Assembly (NCBI GenBank): GCA_035221665.1
Contig: JAVHYY010000078.1
Coordinates: forward strand, 62,001-126,000
Reading direction: 5' to 3'
DNA length: 64,000 nt
From: Okamejei kenojei
Lineage: Eukaryota
Of this stretch, positions 50,898 through 62,508 are shown piece by piece. The notes under the pieces are model-generated. The model saw only the letters and a program-made list of their open reading frames with translations, was not told where the DNA came from and did no database searches. Positions within the stretch are counted from its first letter, which is position 1; each line of letters opens with the position of its first letter. Made by a program: the position numbers and the translations under genes.

Positions 50898-51900
50898 GTT
50901 TAGATTAGTTTTGAGATACAGCACGGAAACAGGACCTTCGGCCCACCGAGTCTGCGCCGACCAGTGATCCCTGCACATTTACACTATCCTACACACACTA
51001 GGGACAATTTAAATGTATACCAATTTATATTTATTTGTAGGCCAATTAACCTACAAACCGTACGTCTTTGGAATGTGAGAGGAAACTGAAGATCTCGGAG
51101 AAAACCCATGCAGTCACGGGGAGAACTTACAAACTCTCTACAGACAGCACGTGTAGTCAGGATTGAACCCGGGTCTGCAGTGCTGTAAGCCTGTCCCACT
51201 TAGGCGATTTTTCAGCAGACTGCTGGCAACCGTCAAGTTAGACTGTCAGAGTGGAACACACACACACAAACACATCGCAAAGGTGGGGGCCAGGGCCAGC
51301 AGGGGGAGCGCTGTTTGAAATTCACACGGTGCAAAGCCAAGGTGATACAGAGACACACCACGATGAACAGGAAGGTTGGCGCTGTAATTAAGATGGCTAG
51401 CAGAATATACGGTATGTCCTTTAAAATAGGGGGGGGGGGGGGGAGAGGGGGAGGAGAGAATGGGGGGGAGGAGTGGAGACAACTTTTAAGAAGCCAGACA
51501 ACTTTTAATAAGCCAGAGATACACAACTGTGAAGATCGGCGGACATTTAACATTACTGGTTGGTTATCCTTGGTTCTGAAAACTACTGCTTAAGTTTTTT
51601 TTACCCAATGAGCCAATGAAAAAGACTGGTCAGCAAAGGCGATTAACTAAAACTACCTACGACTACCTATAACTACATGGCGACCCCGCTACAACTGCAC
51701 CTACAACGGCAGGATTTTCGATTTTCTCCATGGCGCGACTAGTTCCCAGACTGCGGGAACTCCTCGCGACCATGAAGGAGACTCAGCAGAGACCACCAGC
51801 GGACATGTGGCGAGCACAGAATCTCCTGCACTCGCCTAAAATGTCGCCTAAGTGGGACAGGCCCATAAGGCAGCAATTCTACTGCTGTGCCACTGTGCCA
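50898..51900 (-). mobile_element. V-SINE split by a Harbinger MITE
   Basis: SINE body 50898-51188 continues at 51869 (ggcagcaattctactgctgtgccactgtgcc). Confidence 0.8.
51189..51865. mobile_element. PIF/Harbinger-type MITE
   Basis: taa|gcctgtcccacttaggcga ... tcgcctaagtgggacaggccca|taa. Confidence 0.85.
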
Positions 51901-52182
51901 CCTCTTCTGGTTACTGAGAATTGTGCTTTTTTTGGTTATATTTATTGTTCTAGCTTTTTGTAAGTGTACTGTGAATTTTACTTTATTTTTTTAATCTTTT
52001 TTGAGTAAGTTATAATAACAAAATTGTTGCGTTTTTCTTAACTTTTTTTACACTCTCCCTCCTCCCTCTCCTAGCAGCTACACAAGTTTGTAAGTCCTGT
52101 ACTGGCTCCTTGAGGCGCTGCATTCCAATGATATTTCCTATAATGGGCCCACATTAGAATCAGTCATAGAAAGATATAGAAG

Positions 52183-52279
52183 ATTGACACAAAAAGCTGG
52201 AGTAACTCAGCGGGACAGGCAGCATCTCTGGAGAGAAGGAATGGGTGACGCTTCAGGGTCGAGACCCTTCTTCAGACTG
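52183..52279 (-). mobile_element. Hammerhead-motif PLE-terminus repeat
   Basis: Close reverse complement of 5167-5260. Confidence 0.8.
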
Positions 52280-53536
52280 GTTAGGGATAAGGGGAATGAG
52301 AAATGCAGCATGGAAACTGACCCTTTAGCCCATGGAACCCGTGCCAACCAACAAGCACAAATTTAAATGAATCCTACATTCACCCCATGTTTTACTCTCC
52401 CTTCGTACTCACCAACTCCTTCCTGATTCTACTACTGACTAGTGAGAATTCACAGTGGGAAATAAACCAGCAACCTACATGTTTTTGGAAAATGGGAGGA
52501 AATCGGAGCACCCAGAAGAAACCTATGCAATCACAGAGGGAACAATAGACAATAGGTGCAGGAGTAGGCCGTTCGAGCCACCACTGCCATTCAATGTGAT
52601 CATGGCTGATCATCCCCAACAAGCAAAGCATTGCAGATACAGCACCTGAGGTCAGGATTGAACCCGTTTTTCTGGAACTGTGAGGCAATGTTTTGACCAG
52701 GTGTGTAACTGTGCTGCCTACGGGATCTGTAGAAGTTTGGATTCTGTTGAGGTTTGGGGTCAAGACCAAGTCCTTCAGCCACTGGCACACATTGAGAACT
52801 GTAGTAAAGAAAACCAATATTGCAACAATGGGCTTAGAAATAAACCAGAAGCGTGTGGAAATGGCATTGATTCCTTGAAATAACACTGGTCTGGGTTCTC
52901 TCTGCAGCTGGATGCACATCCAGTGATGAGGAGTGAAGTGAGAGTACTTGCAGTACTACAACACATCAGCATTGGCTACTGACTGATATGATTAGCAGAA
53001 TGAACACAATTCCAAGCAACATGAACCTGCAAATGGTAAATGCCCATACAAGGCAGTATCTGCAGCTTAATGTTACGTGAGAAAAATCCCGATTGTGCTG
53101 ACAAGTTTGTCCACGTGTTGATTATTACTGTACCTTGCAAGCAGATCCTTTGTTAAACGGAAAACGCCCAACATTCAAAGGATCTGACAAAGATGAATTG
53201 CCAGCACAATGTCAGCCATGTTGTCGGAAGACTCTAGCTATAAAAACAAAATGTCTTGATGATTCAACCATGGAATGATATCCATGCTCAGCATTAGATA
53301 GTTATTGATTGTGATCAGGTACCTTCTTAATCTTCTTCAGGGATTGTCTTTCCCTGTGAGAGCTGAATTAAATTTATAAAATGGTTACAGTATGTGTTGA
53401 AAAAAGCAACCTGTTTGTTCTTGAGCTCAGTTATATTTTTTCCTTTTAATTGAGTGATTATACGGTGTCTTCAACTTGATGCAGGGGTGGCACAGTGGCG
53501 CAGCAATAAAGTTGCTGCCTTACAGCATCAGAGACG

Positions 53537-53590
53537 GGGGTGGAAGATTGCAACCTTCACCTGGTCCGCCCTGTTTCGACGAATGCAATC
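53537..53590 (+). ncRNA. Minimal HDV-like ribozyme fold (copy 1)
   Basis: P1 GGGGTGG/CCGCCCT with G1-U wobble; P2 GATTGCA/TGCAATC; P3 ACC/GGT; L3 TTCACCT (G25-equivalent changed to C); vestigial P4 GTTTCGA; J4/2 C(53580)GAA. Confidence 0.75.
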
Positions 53591-53678
53591 AACTCGGCGC
53601 GCACAATCAAATAAGATGAAATAGAACAAGTTGTCCTACAGCTTTAGGCTGTGCACGCCACACGCAAGAAGAAGAAGA
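53537..53678 (+). mobile_element. Short retroposon: HDV-like ribozyme head, structured body, (GAA)n tail (copy 1)
   Basis: Colinear with 56019-56151. Tail aagaagaagaaga. Degenerate TSD acagcatcagagac (53522-53535) / ac-gtgtcagagaa (53678-53690). Confidence 0.85.
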
Positions 53679-53835
53679 CGTGTCAGAGAACCGGGTTAAA
53701 TCCTGACTACGGGTGCTGTCTGTACGGAGTTTGTACGTTCTCCCTGTTTTCCCCGGGTGCTCCAGTTTCCTCCCGCACTCCAAAGACGTTCAGGTTTGTA
53801 GGTTCATTGGCTTTGTTAAAAATTGTAAATTGTCA

Positions 53836-54690
53836 CATCTTCCCATCTGCACACCTATCCACTTTCTGTAGAGACCACTCCCTCCACAATTCCTTAGTTC
53901 ACTCATTATTTCCCTTCCAAATCACTCCCTACCAAGGTACTTTCTCCTGCTAACACGGGAAATGTAATACCTGTCCACACACCTCCTCAATCACATCCAT
54001 CCAGACCTTCCTGGGGAGAAAGAGGTTCAGGTGTACCTCTTCCAACCTCATCTACTGCATTTGGGGCTCCCCATATGGCCACTTTTACATCAGTGAGACC
54101 AACAGTAGACTCGGGGACTGTTTCACTGAAGACTTACGCTCTGTCCACTGAGGCCTACTGGAGATCCTTTTGAACCCCTTCCCATTCCGATCTTTCTGTC
54201 CTGAGCTTCCACCATTGCCAGAGAGAGGCCACATGCAAACTGGAGGAATAGCGCCTTATATTCCACTTGGGTAGATTACAACTCAAAGGTATGAACATTG
54301 AATTCTCCAATGTTACGTAACAAAGCCCCTCTCTTTCCACTTTCTTCCCTGTGCTCCATCCAGATGCGCACCAATTTCTCCCACTATCCCCTTCCACAAT
54401 ATCCCCTCATCTATCTTCACATTTCACTTTTCTTCTGTCTTTATCTTGCACCTTTTAGTTTCCAGTTTTTTTTATCTCTGGCTTTTCATCCACACATCTG
54501 CTAATCAAAACATGGCTCAGTTGTAGCCATCTATCACTTGCTAGGCTTGCCCCTACCTCTTTTCAGCTTTCTGTCCCTTACTACATTCAATCTGAAGAAG
54601 GACCCCGACCTAAAAAGTCACCTATCCATGTCCTCCAGATATGCTGCAGCCTGACCTGCTGAGTTAATCCAGTACTTCGTGTTTTGCTTG
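53836..54690 (+). mobile_element. 5'-truncated Penelope-like element (GIY-YIG region, 3' UTR, hammerhead motif)
   Basis: Colinear with 4545-5260 (tgtacctcttccaacctcatctactgcat; ggtatgaacattgaattctccaa). ctgaagaaggaccccgacctaaaaagtcacc at ~54592. Confidence 0.8.
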
Positions 54691-56018
54691 TTATGTTACG
54701 ATACTGGCTGAATCTTCTGGCCTGAGTAGTATCAGCAAGTGCTGACAAATGGTAACCATCGCAAGGTAAAACCTGCATGATGAATGTTTCTTCTCCCCTT
54801 ATGGGATCATAGGACCCCTGAGAGAACCTTTTTATTTGACAACAGAAACAATAAAAGTTAATTGGACTCTCCTCCTCTGCTGCATTCTGCCTCCATTAGT
54901 GAACTGAGCATGCATGAAGTTATTCTCGTGTGTTGTGGGAAGTCACCAAAGTGGCAATGGATATTCCATTGAAAAAAATAATGCAATCATGGTTTGCATC
55001 CCAGTTCATCATGGATGATGAGGAGTCATATCATTAATGGTTATCAGGCCTTGTATTCTTGAGACGAGATACAGTTCTGCTCAATATTCACCAAGCGTCC
55101 TTAAAAACTGTCCTTAAGACAGCAAACCTAGCAGAAATACAGTGATGACTACCAAAGGATGAGGGCCCTCATGAAGGTAAAGTGTTTGAACTGTAGGCAT
55201 TGACAGACTTATCATCTTCAAGATTGTGTTATTACACAGCGGTTGTAAATCATGGCCCACTACATTTGTTTGTGCTGCCCTTCTCCTTAAGCCTTGAATA
55301 GAGATCCTCTTACATCTCAAGATTCGGTGTCAGTTTGAGTGGAGTGCTGGAAGTATTCTCAAAGGACCTTAGATTCCAAGCTCTTAGATGTTGAAGAAAG
55401 GTATATTTAGTTGGGATCAGAGATGGATGCTGTGAACCAACCTAATTCTCTCGTGTTTAGCTTTAAAAGTTGTACTAGCACTCAAATGGCTCAGCACTTT
55501 GATGTTACAAGTACACTTCGCTAAATAACCTACACAAGCCAAAACAGTACAAAATAAGTAAAATACAGTAAAAAAGTTATATAGAAACATTCAAAAAAAT
55601 GGAGAATGTAATAATGAATAGTCTGCAAGCTACCACCAATATAGGGCAAACAGGAGGTAGTTTCAGCTGCATCCTTGATTTATACAAGAACATTTGGTGG
55701 TGAGATACAGACACTTATTCCCCAGGTTACTCCCTGCTTATCTGGATCTTCCACACCTCTGCCACCCAGTCTCCAACCTCACTTTCCTACCTATTGCATG
55801 CACTCACCGGCAGAGGGGTGAGCTTAGCCCTTAAAATCTACCACTTGAAAATAATAATAAAAATACTGTACATTCTAGAGATCTAAAACAAAAATTGCCA
55901 GAAACATTTCATAGGTTCGGCAACATCTGTGGGAAGAGAAACAGAGTCCACTTGAGGTACCTTTGTGAAAGTTGATTTCTCATTCTCTATCTGTTAACCA
56001 TCTGTAATATTCCTGCCT

Positions 56019-56072
56019 GGGGTGGAAGATTGAAACCTTCACGTGGTCCGCCCTGTTTTGACTAATGCAATC
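56019..56072 (+). ncRNA. Minimal HDV-like ribozyme fold (copy 2)
   Basis: P1 56019-56025/56048-56054; P2 GATTGAA/TGCAATC (1 mismatch); P3 ACC/GGT; L3 TTCACGT; J4/2 C(56062)TAA. Confidence 0.78.
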
Positions 56073-56151
56073 AACTCGACGTGCACAAACGGAAGATCAA
56101 ATAGAACAAGTTGTCCTGCAACTTTAGGCTGTGCACGCCACACGAAAGAAG
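56019..56151 (+). mobile_element. Short retroposon: HDV-like ribozyme head, structured body, (GAA)n tail (copy 2)
   Basis: TSD aatattcctgcct(g) (56006-56018) / aatactcctgcct(g) (56152-56164). The element starts at ribozyme G1. Confidence 0.88.
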
Positions 56152-56159
56152 AATACTCC

Positions 56160-56503
56160 TGCCTGCTCCCTGCCTTGGATGCCCTCCACCGAAAACGGTG
56201 TCTGAGACGGGCTGGGAAGATCATCAAGGACCCCTCCCACCCTAACCATGGACTGTTTGCCCTCCTACCATCAGGGAGGCGGTACAGGAGCCTCAGGTCC
56301 CGCACCAGCAGGATGAGGAGTAGCTTCTACAATAACACCATCGCACTGCTGAACTCGGAGTCCCGCCGATAGATTCCCACATCTGTATTTATTTATCTGT
56401 ATCTATCTAAACATTGCTATCACTACGTACTGACACTAAACAGCATTTCGTTGTACCCATACTTGTATCTGTGCAATGACATTAAATTTGAATTGAATTG
56501 AAT
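56160..56503 (+). mobile_element. Rex-Babar-type LINE 3' end
   Basis: LPALDALHRKRCLRRAGKIIKDPSHPNHGLFALLPSGRRYRSLRSRTSRMRSSFY; (ttgaa)n tail. Confidence 0.8.
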
Positions 56504-56664
56504 TGCAGCCTGTCCCACTGAATTACTCCAGCATTTTGTGTCTATCTTCGGTGTAACATTAGCTTAGCTTGTTTGTTTTCTCTCTAGGAGTTGGAAGGAT
56601 GCCCTGCCTTACTTGCCGGGCAGGTCTTCCTGCATCTTCACTACATTTAGTCAACTCTCACATT

Positions 56665-57140
56665 CATACAGCATGGAAACAGGCCCTTCAGCCCAAATTA
56701 CTCATGCTGACCAAGATGCCCCATCTGCACTAGTCCCACCTACCCACATGTGGCCCATATCCCTCTAAACTTTTCCTACCCATTTCATTGCACAAATGTC
56801 TTTTAAATGTTGTTACCGTGCATACCTCAACTACCTCCTTGAACAACTCATTCCATATGCCCACCAGACTCTGTGAAAAGGTTGCTACCCAAGTTTCTGT
56901 TAATTATTTCCCCTCTCACATTAAACCTACATCCTCTGATTCTTGATTCCCATACTCTGGATAAAAGACTGTGCGTCTACCCTATCTATTCCCCTCATGA
57001 TCTTATACACCTTTATAGATCACCCCTGATCCACCTGCACTCCATGGAATACATTTCCAGCCTGCCCAACCTCTCCCTATTTCACAAGCCCTCAAGTTCT
57101 GGCAACATCCTCGCAAACCTTCTCTGCACTCTTTCCATCT
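56665..57140 (-). mobile_element. CR1 3' fragment followed by a ~30-bp repeat
   Basis: Colinear with 49910-50380 and 60515-60970. Confidence 0.75.
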
Positions 57141-57789
57141 TTCCTACAGAATAAACCCAGTCATTACAGCCCAGGTGTAAGGATATACTCAGAAACTGTA
57201 TACCAGGTCTAAGGATAAAAGCCAAGGTAGACAGAAATGCTGGAGAAACCCAGCAGGTGAGGCAGCATCTGTGGAGCGAAGGAATAGGTGATGTTGAGAC
57301 TCTTCTTCAGACTGATATGGGAGTGGGGGGAGTGGGAAGAAGAAAGGAAGAGGCAGAGATGGTGAATAAAACCCACTCACTACAAACCAGGTGAAAGGGT
57401 AAACCCATTCACCATAAAGTCCTGCAACTTCCTGGTAAATCTTCTCTGGACTTTTTCCAGCTTTCCTATAACAGAGTGACCAAAACTGAACGTAATACTA
57501 GATTTGTGGCCACCACACTGGTGTGCTCACTTTCCCCCCCATTCTCCCGCTACCCCAGCTATCCTTCTCCTTCTCATCTCCCATCCTCAATCCCGTTTTT
57601 CCTTTTATCTGCCCTCTTTCCACCCCCGTCCTTTCACCCATACCCATCCCTCTGGCTTTACATTTCACTCCACCTCTTTTTGCCATATTTGACACCTTAT
57701 TGTCTTCTTTTTACCTTTAGTCTTTAGATTTCACCATTTCCACCAATCTGGTGCCCACATACCCAAGCGACACACATATTCCAGTTTGC

Positions 57790-58610
57790 ATTGATGGCGC
57801 CAAAGTAGAGATGGTTAAAAACTTCAAATTCCCATGAGTCGATATCACCAACAACTTCTCCTGGACCACTCATATCGAAGCAATGACCATGAAAGCACAC
57901 CAAAGCCACTACTTCCTTAGATGGCTTAGGAGGGTCAGCATGTCTCCTATAACTCTCACCAACTTGCACCATAGCAAGCATTTTATCGGGATGCAGCATA
58001 GCTTGGTTTGGGAACAGCTCCATCTAAGACCGTAAGAAATTGCAGCAAATTGTGGACGCAGTCCAGACCGTCACACAAACCAACCTCTCTTCTATTAAAC
58101 TCCATTTATATATCATGCTGCCTCGGCAAGGCCAGGAGCATAATCAAGGACAAGTCGCACCCCGACCACTCCCTCTTCCCCCCATTCCCATCAGGCAAAA
58201 AGGTTTAGAAGTGTGAAAACGCACAGCTCCACAGATTCAGGGACAGTTTCTTCACAGCAGTTGTCAGGCATCTGAATCATCCTACCACAACCAGAGAGCA
58301 GTGTTGAACTACCATCTACCTCTTTGGTGACCCTCGGACTCCTTCATCGGACTTTGCTGGCTTTACCTTGCACTAAACGTTAGTCCCTTATCATGGTTGA
58401 CACAAAATGCTGGAGTAACTCAGCGGGTGAGGCAGCATCTCTGGAGAGAAGGAATGGGCAACGTTTCGGGTTGAGATCCTTCTTCAGATCCTTATCATGT
58501 ATCGATACACTGTAAATGGCTCGATTGTGATCATATATTGTCATTCTGCTGACCATATAGCACACAACACTGTACCTCGGTACACGTGACAATAAACTAA
58601 ACTGAAATGA
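57790..58610 (+). mobile_element. Rex-Babar-type LINE 3' portion with a nested hammerhead-motif repeat
   Basis: VEMVKNFKF, SILSGCSIAWFGNSS, CLGKARSIIKDKSHP and the family 3' UTR. Confidence 0.8.
58396..58489 (-). mobile_element. 94-bp hammerhead-motif repeat with TSD
   Basis: Perfect 10-bp TSD ccttatcatg (58386-58395, 58490-58499) in the Rex 3' UTR. The element 5' end lies about 2 nt upstream of the CTGAAGA core. Confidence 0.85.
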
Positions 58611-60514
58611 ACCCATCACCTGGCCAGAAATGTCACCTATCCACAGAGATGCTGCCTGACCTGCGGATTTACTTCCCAGATCTTTCCTCACTTACACCTC
58701 TTTTCCAGCTCACCTACTCCCCCATTCAATCAGTCTGAAGAAGGATCCCAAACTGAAACGTTGTCTGTCCACTGCCTCCCCAGGTGCTGCCTAACCCCTG
58801 AAGTTTATCCAGCACTGTTTATTTGCTCAAGATTTCAGCATCTGCAGTTTTTTGCGCCTCTTTAAATCTGCCTCCCCTCCTCTGAATTCAGTCTCAGGCA
58901 CAGATGTTTCTAACCTTAGATCGAGGCATGGAAAGATTTAAGGCATTAACTGCTCTGATGCTATGTGGCTCTTTGTGACTTTTTTACCGCAGTGATTACT
59001 GTACCAAGACCTCATCGGTGGAACAGGCAGAGGACGATGGCTGACCCACGTTAAAGGCGCAGCAAAGTCACGGACTGCCGCTGGATCCTGCCGTCCTGTC
59101 CAAGGACTATAGGCCTGGTATGGCCTGGTATAGCCATGACCGAAGGGTGATTGATGTAACACTGAGTCAGGCTGCTACAGGCAGCTTTCTGTGGACGTCC
59201 AGTGACTATCACCCCACAAAATAGCCCATAGTCATTTTGGGACCACAGCAACGATCACAAGGCCAGCGTCACATTGCAGCAATGGAGAAAGACAAATCCA
59301 GTCCACAGCTTTAAATCTGTCTTTCTTTCCTGCATTGCTGTGATAACAGGATTACTCCTATCAGTGCTTAATAAAATTCAGATGGAATTTTCACTGATAG
59401 AAAATATTACGTTTGATTTAATTTTGTGTGGGTCAAAACTTATTAATTAAAGTTACTTTTCACGGAAACGATTTAGAGAACTTGTTGCTCGTATTACCTG
59501 AATTTGGATTATCCATTGATAGCCTTTGAAAAAGAAATATCAGATTGGAAATCCCATAGCACTGTTGTACAATTCAAATTTTAATGACTGCTGCTTTCAA
59601 ATACTAGTTATCACCCAACAGAATTCCTGGCACAGGGTCATGTAAATAACTGGGGTGATCATGTCCTTGCCCATTGTCATATAAGCAATGCTGGCAATTC
59701 ATATTTGTATTGAAATCTTCCAGGGCAGGGGAACGCCTCTGAAGTGGAGAGGCTACTGTTTTAAATTAACTGGCTGAGGGCACATTAGCAATTGGATCAC
59801 TGGGAATAACCTGGATGAGGACCAGGAATAATCATTATTTGGCACTTGCAGCTTGCCACCCCTAAACTCTGCAGTCATGTGAATCGAGCCTATAATGACA
59901 TCTGTTACACAGAGAAAATTGAACATTTTGTGACTGGATTATTCAGTACAGAGCTGACATTCACATTACTTTGTAATCAGACCCATTCTATATTTCATGG
60001 AGCAGCCAATCTTGATATTACAATCATTGCACTTAGCATGAATAGTCTATCACGTCAATTCAAGTCACATCAGGCTACATAGTCAAATACATTTTTTTTA
60101 GACAATGTGCTATCTTAGTAAGAATGAACCAGTACCAGCAGCTATTGGCAATCCTCAAAAATCTTTCTTTGAACTTGAGATACAATTTCCACATTCTTAA
60201 ATATAAAATCATGCTCTTTCAAGCAATAAAATGCTGCCAATTCCATGTATATGATGAAAGAACCATACTTCAGATGCTGGATGAGTGATATAACCAAAGG
60301 TTGTTGAGGGAACAAAGGGTGGAAATGCAGAAGTGCTGGTCATAATTTTCCAATTACCATTAGATTTGTAGTTATGCCTGAAGGCTGCAAATGATAGAGT
60401 AATCCTTTACTCAACACAAGCCAGTGGAAAGGTAAACCCAGCAACTACAGACTAGGTGCAAGGGTTCGCCCTGTAATTAGAGATCAGGTGTAAGGGTAAA
60501 CCTAGTCAGTACAC

Positions 60515-60970
60515 ATCATGGAAACAGGCCCTTCAGCCCAACTTGCCCATGCCAACCAAGATGCCTCACCTACTACACTAGTGCCACATGCCCGCATTTG
60601 GCCCATATCCCTCTAAACTTTTTTTATCTATGTACCTGTCCAAAAGTATTTTAAATGTTGTTGTACTACCACTTCTGGCAGGTCATCCACCACCCTCTGT
60701 GTGAAAAAGTCTGCCACTGAGGCTCCTATTATCTCTCTCCCCTCACCTTAAAACTATACTCGAGTTCTTGATTATATGAAACTGTGTACTCTGGCTAAAG
60801 GACTCTGTGCAGCTACCCTATCTATTGCCTCATGATCTAACAAACCGCACATCACTCCTCATTCTCCTGCACTCCTAGGAATAAAGTCCTAGCCTGCCCA
60901 ACCTCTCCCTATCACTCAGGCCCTTAGGTCCTGGGCAACATCCTCGTAAAACATCTCTGCATTCTTTCCA
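60515..60970 (-). mobile_element. CR1 3' fragment embedded in a ~30-bp repeat array
   Basis: Colinear with 56665-57140, with the same truncation point and flank. Confidence 0.75.
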
Positions 60971-61472
60971 TCTTTCCCATAGCATAAACCCAATTATTAC
61001 AATCCAGGTCTAAGGATAAACTCAGTCACTGCATACCAGGCAAATGGGTAAACCCAGTCACCACAGACCAGGTTTAAGCACAAAATCCAGCAACTGGAGC
61101 AGGAACAGAAGAGACTACAGAAGTTGATGAACAGCCTGGTCCATCACGGGCAAAGCTCTCCCATCTCCGAAGGCATGTCCATGAGGTGCTGCCTGAAGGA
61201 GGTGGCATCTATCATCAATGATCCCACCATCTGGGCCATGCCCTCTTCTCGCTGCTCCCATTAGGCAGAAGGTACAGAAGGCCTGATGGTTGCACACCAC
61301 CAGGTTCTAGAACAACTATTTTCCCACAACTCTCGGGTTCTTGAACTAAACAACACAACCTTTGTCCTATCCTCAATAACGGAACATCATGGATCGCCTT
61401 TTATACTACCACATCTAGATTTTTTCGTGCAGTCATGTTTCTTTTCATCGCCTTGCAAAATTTTATGTGTAA

Positions 61473-61686
61473 CTAGACCAAGTGGGACCCGTTGGGCCCC
61501 TGTCTCAAGGGAGGCCTGGTCTCCCGATGCAATATTGCAAAGCACTCACCCATAGTCCCCACAGGAGACCTGGTTCCCCAACGCAACCCGTTCCCCAAGG
61601 CAAGATTCCACCACCCACCCGTTTTCCCAACAGGAGGCCTGGTACACCAACACAACTTGTTCCCCAAGGCACACTCTCTCTCTCTA

Positions 61687-61719
<33 letters not shown>

Positions 61720-62322
61720 GCCTAGCCCCTCCCCTGACACTCTGAGAGATGCCATCCCTGCAACTGTCAGAAACCTCTCATAGCACAGTAACAGTTATTC
61801 TGAGAACTTGGCTTTTTGAAACATTTAAATATCAATAACATGAAAAATAACATCAAATCTGAAGGAAACTTGACAGGAACGACCGTGGGCCAAAGGTGCA
61901 TAAGGTGATGCAAAAACATATAAGATTGTTAAGGGTCTGTGGAATTCTCTGCCTCAGAGGGCGGTGGAGGCAGGTTCTCTGGATGATTTCAAGAGAGAGC
62001 TAGATCGGGCTCTTAGAAATAGCAAAGTCAGGGGATATGGGAAGAAGGCAGGAACGGGGTACTGATTGTGGATGATCAGCCATGATCATATTGAATGGCG
62101 GTGCTGGCTCGAAGGGCCGAATGGCCTACTCCTGCACCTATTGTCTATTGTCTCTTGTCTACTGTCTAAAAATATATGCACTACAGTGTACCGTTATGGC
62201 AAAGGTCTTCCCTTTATTCTGAGTAAGATTCTGCAAACCTTTTCGTACTATTGTGTACCACTTTCGCGTAGTTCCTTGATTTCACAGCAGGCAGACAAAC
62301 AAGACGAGTCTTTTAATAGTAT
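61473..62322 (-). mobile_element. Non-autonomous Helitron-like element with a nested CR1 3' fragment (~61915-62155)
   Basis: Minus-strand 3' end: hairpin gggaccc-gtt-gggcccc (61484-61500) 7 nt from CTAG (61473-61476), followed by T. Internal (TC)n. Confidence 0.55.
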
Positions 62323-62323
62323 G

Positions 62324-62477
62324 CTAGACCAAGGGGGACCCGTTGCGTCCCCACCCCTCAACGCGCAGTTGCGGGGGGGGGGGGGGGGGGGGGGGCGGCG
62401 GCCTGCGGCGTCACACACACACAATAACCACCCCCCACACACACACACTAACCACCCCCACACACACAAACCCCCCC

Positions 62478-62508
<31 letters not shown>

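Larger units (their letters stand above)
53484..53835 (+). mobile_element. V-SINE interrupted by the HDV-ribozyme-headed retroposon
   Basis: The tRNA head (53484-53535) resumes at ~53680 with ccgggttaaatcctgactacggg and the V-domain. Confidence 0.85.

Noticed and set aside
56043-56372. 109-aa ORF as a novel gene
   Set aside because: It is a chance fusion of the ribozyme-SINE body with the C-terminus of a Rex-Babar LINE fragment.
58938-59300. GC-richer unique-looking segment as a possible upstream ADGRA1/GPS exon
   Set aside because: I found no GPS-like W-x4-C motif or convincing splice-bounded frame. Segments near 49560-49890, 50550-50870 and 52775-53240 also failed.
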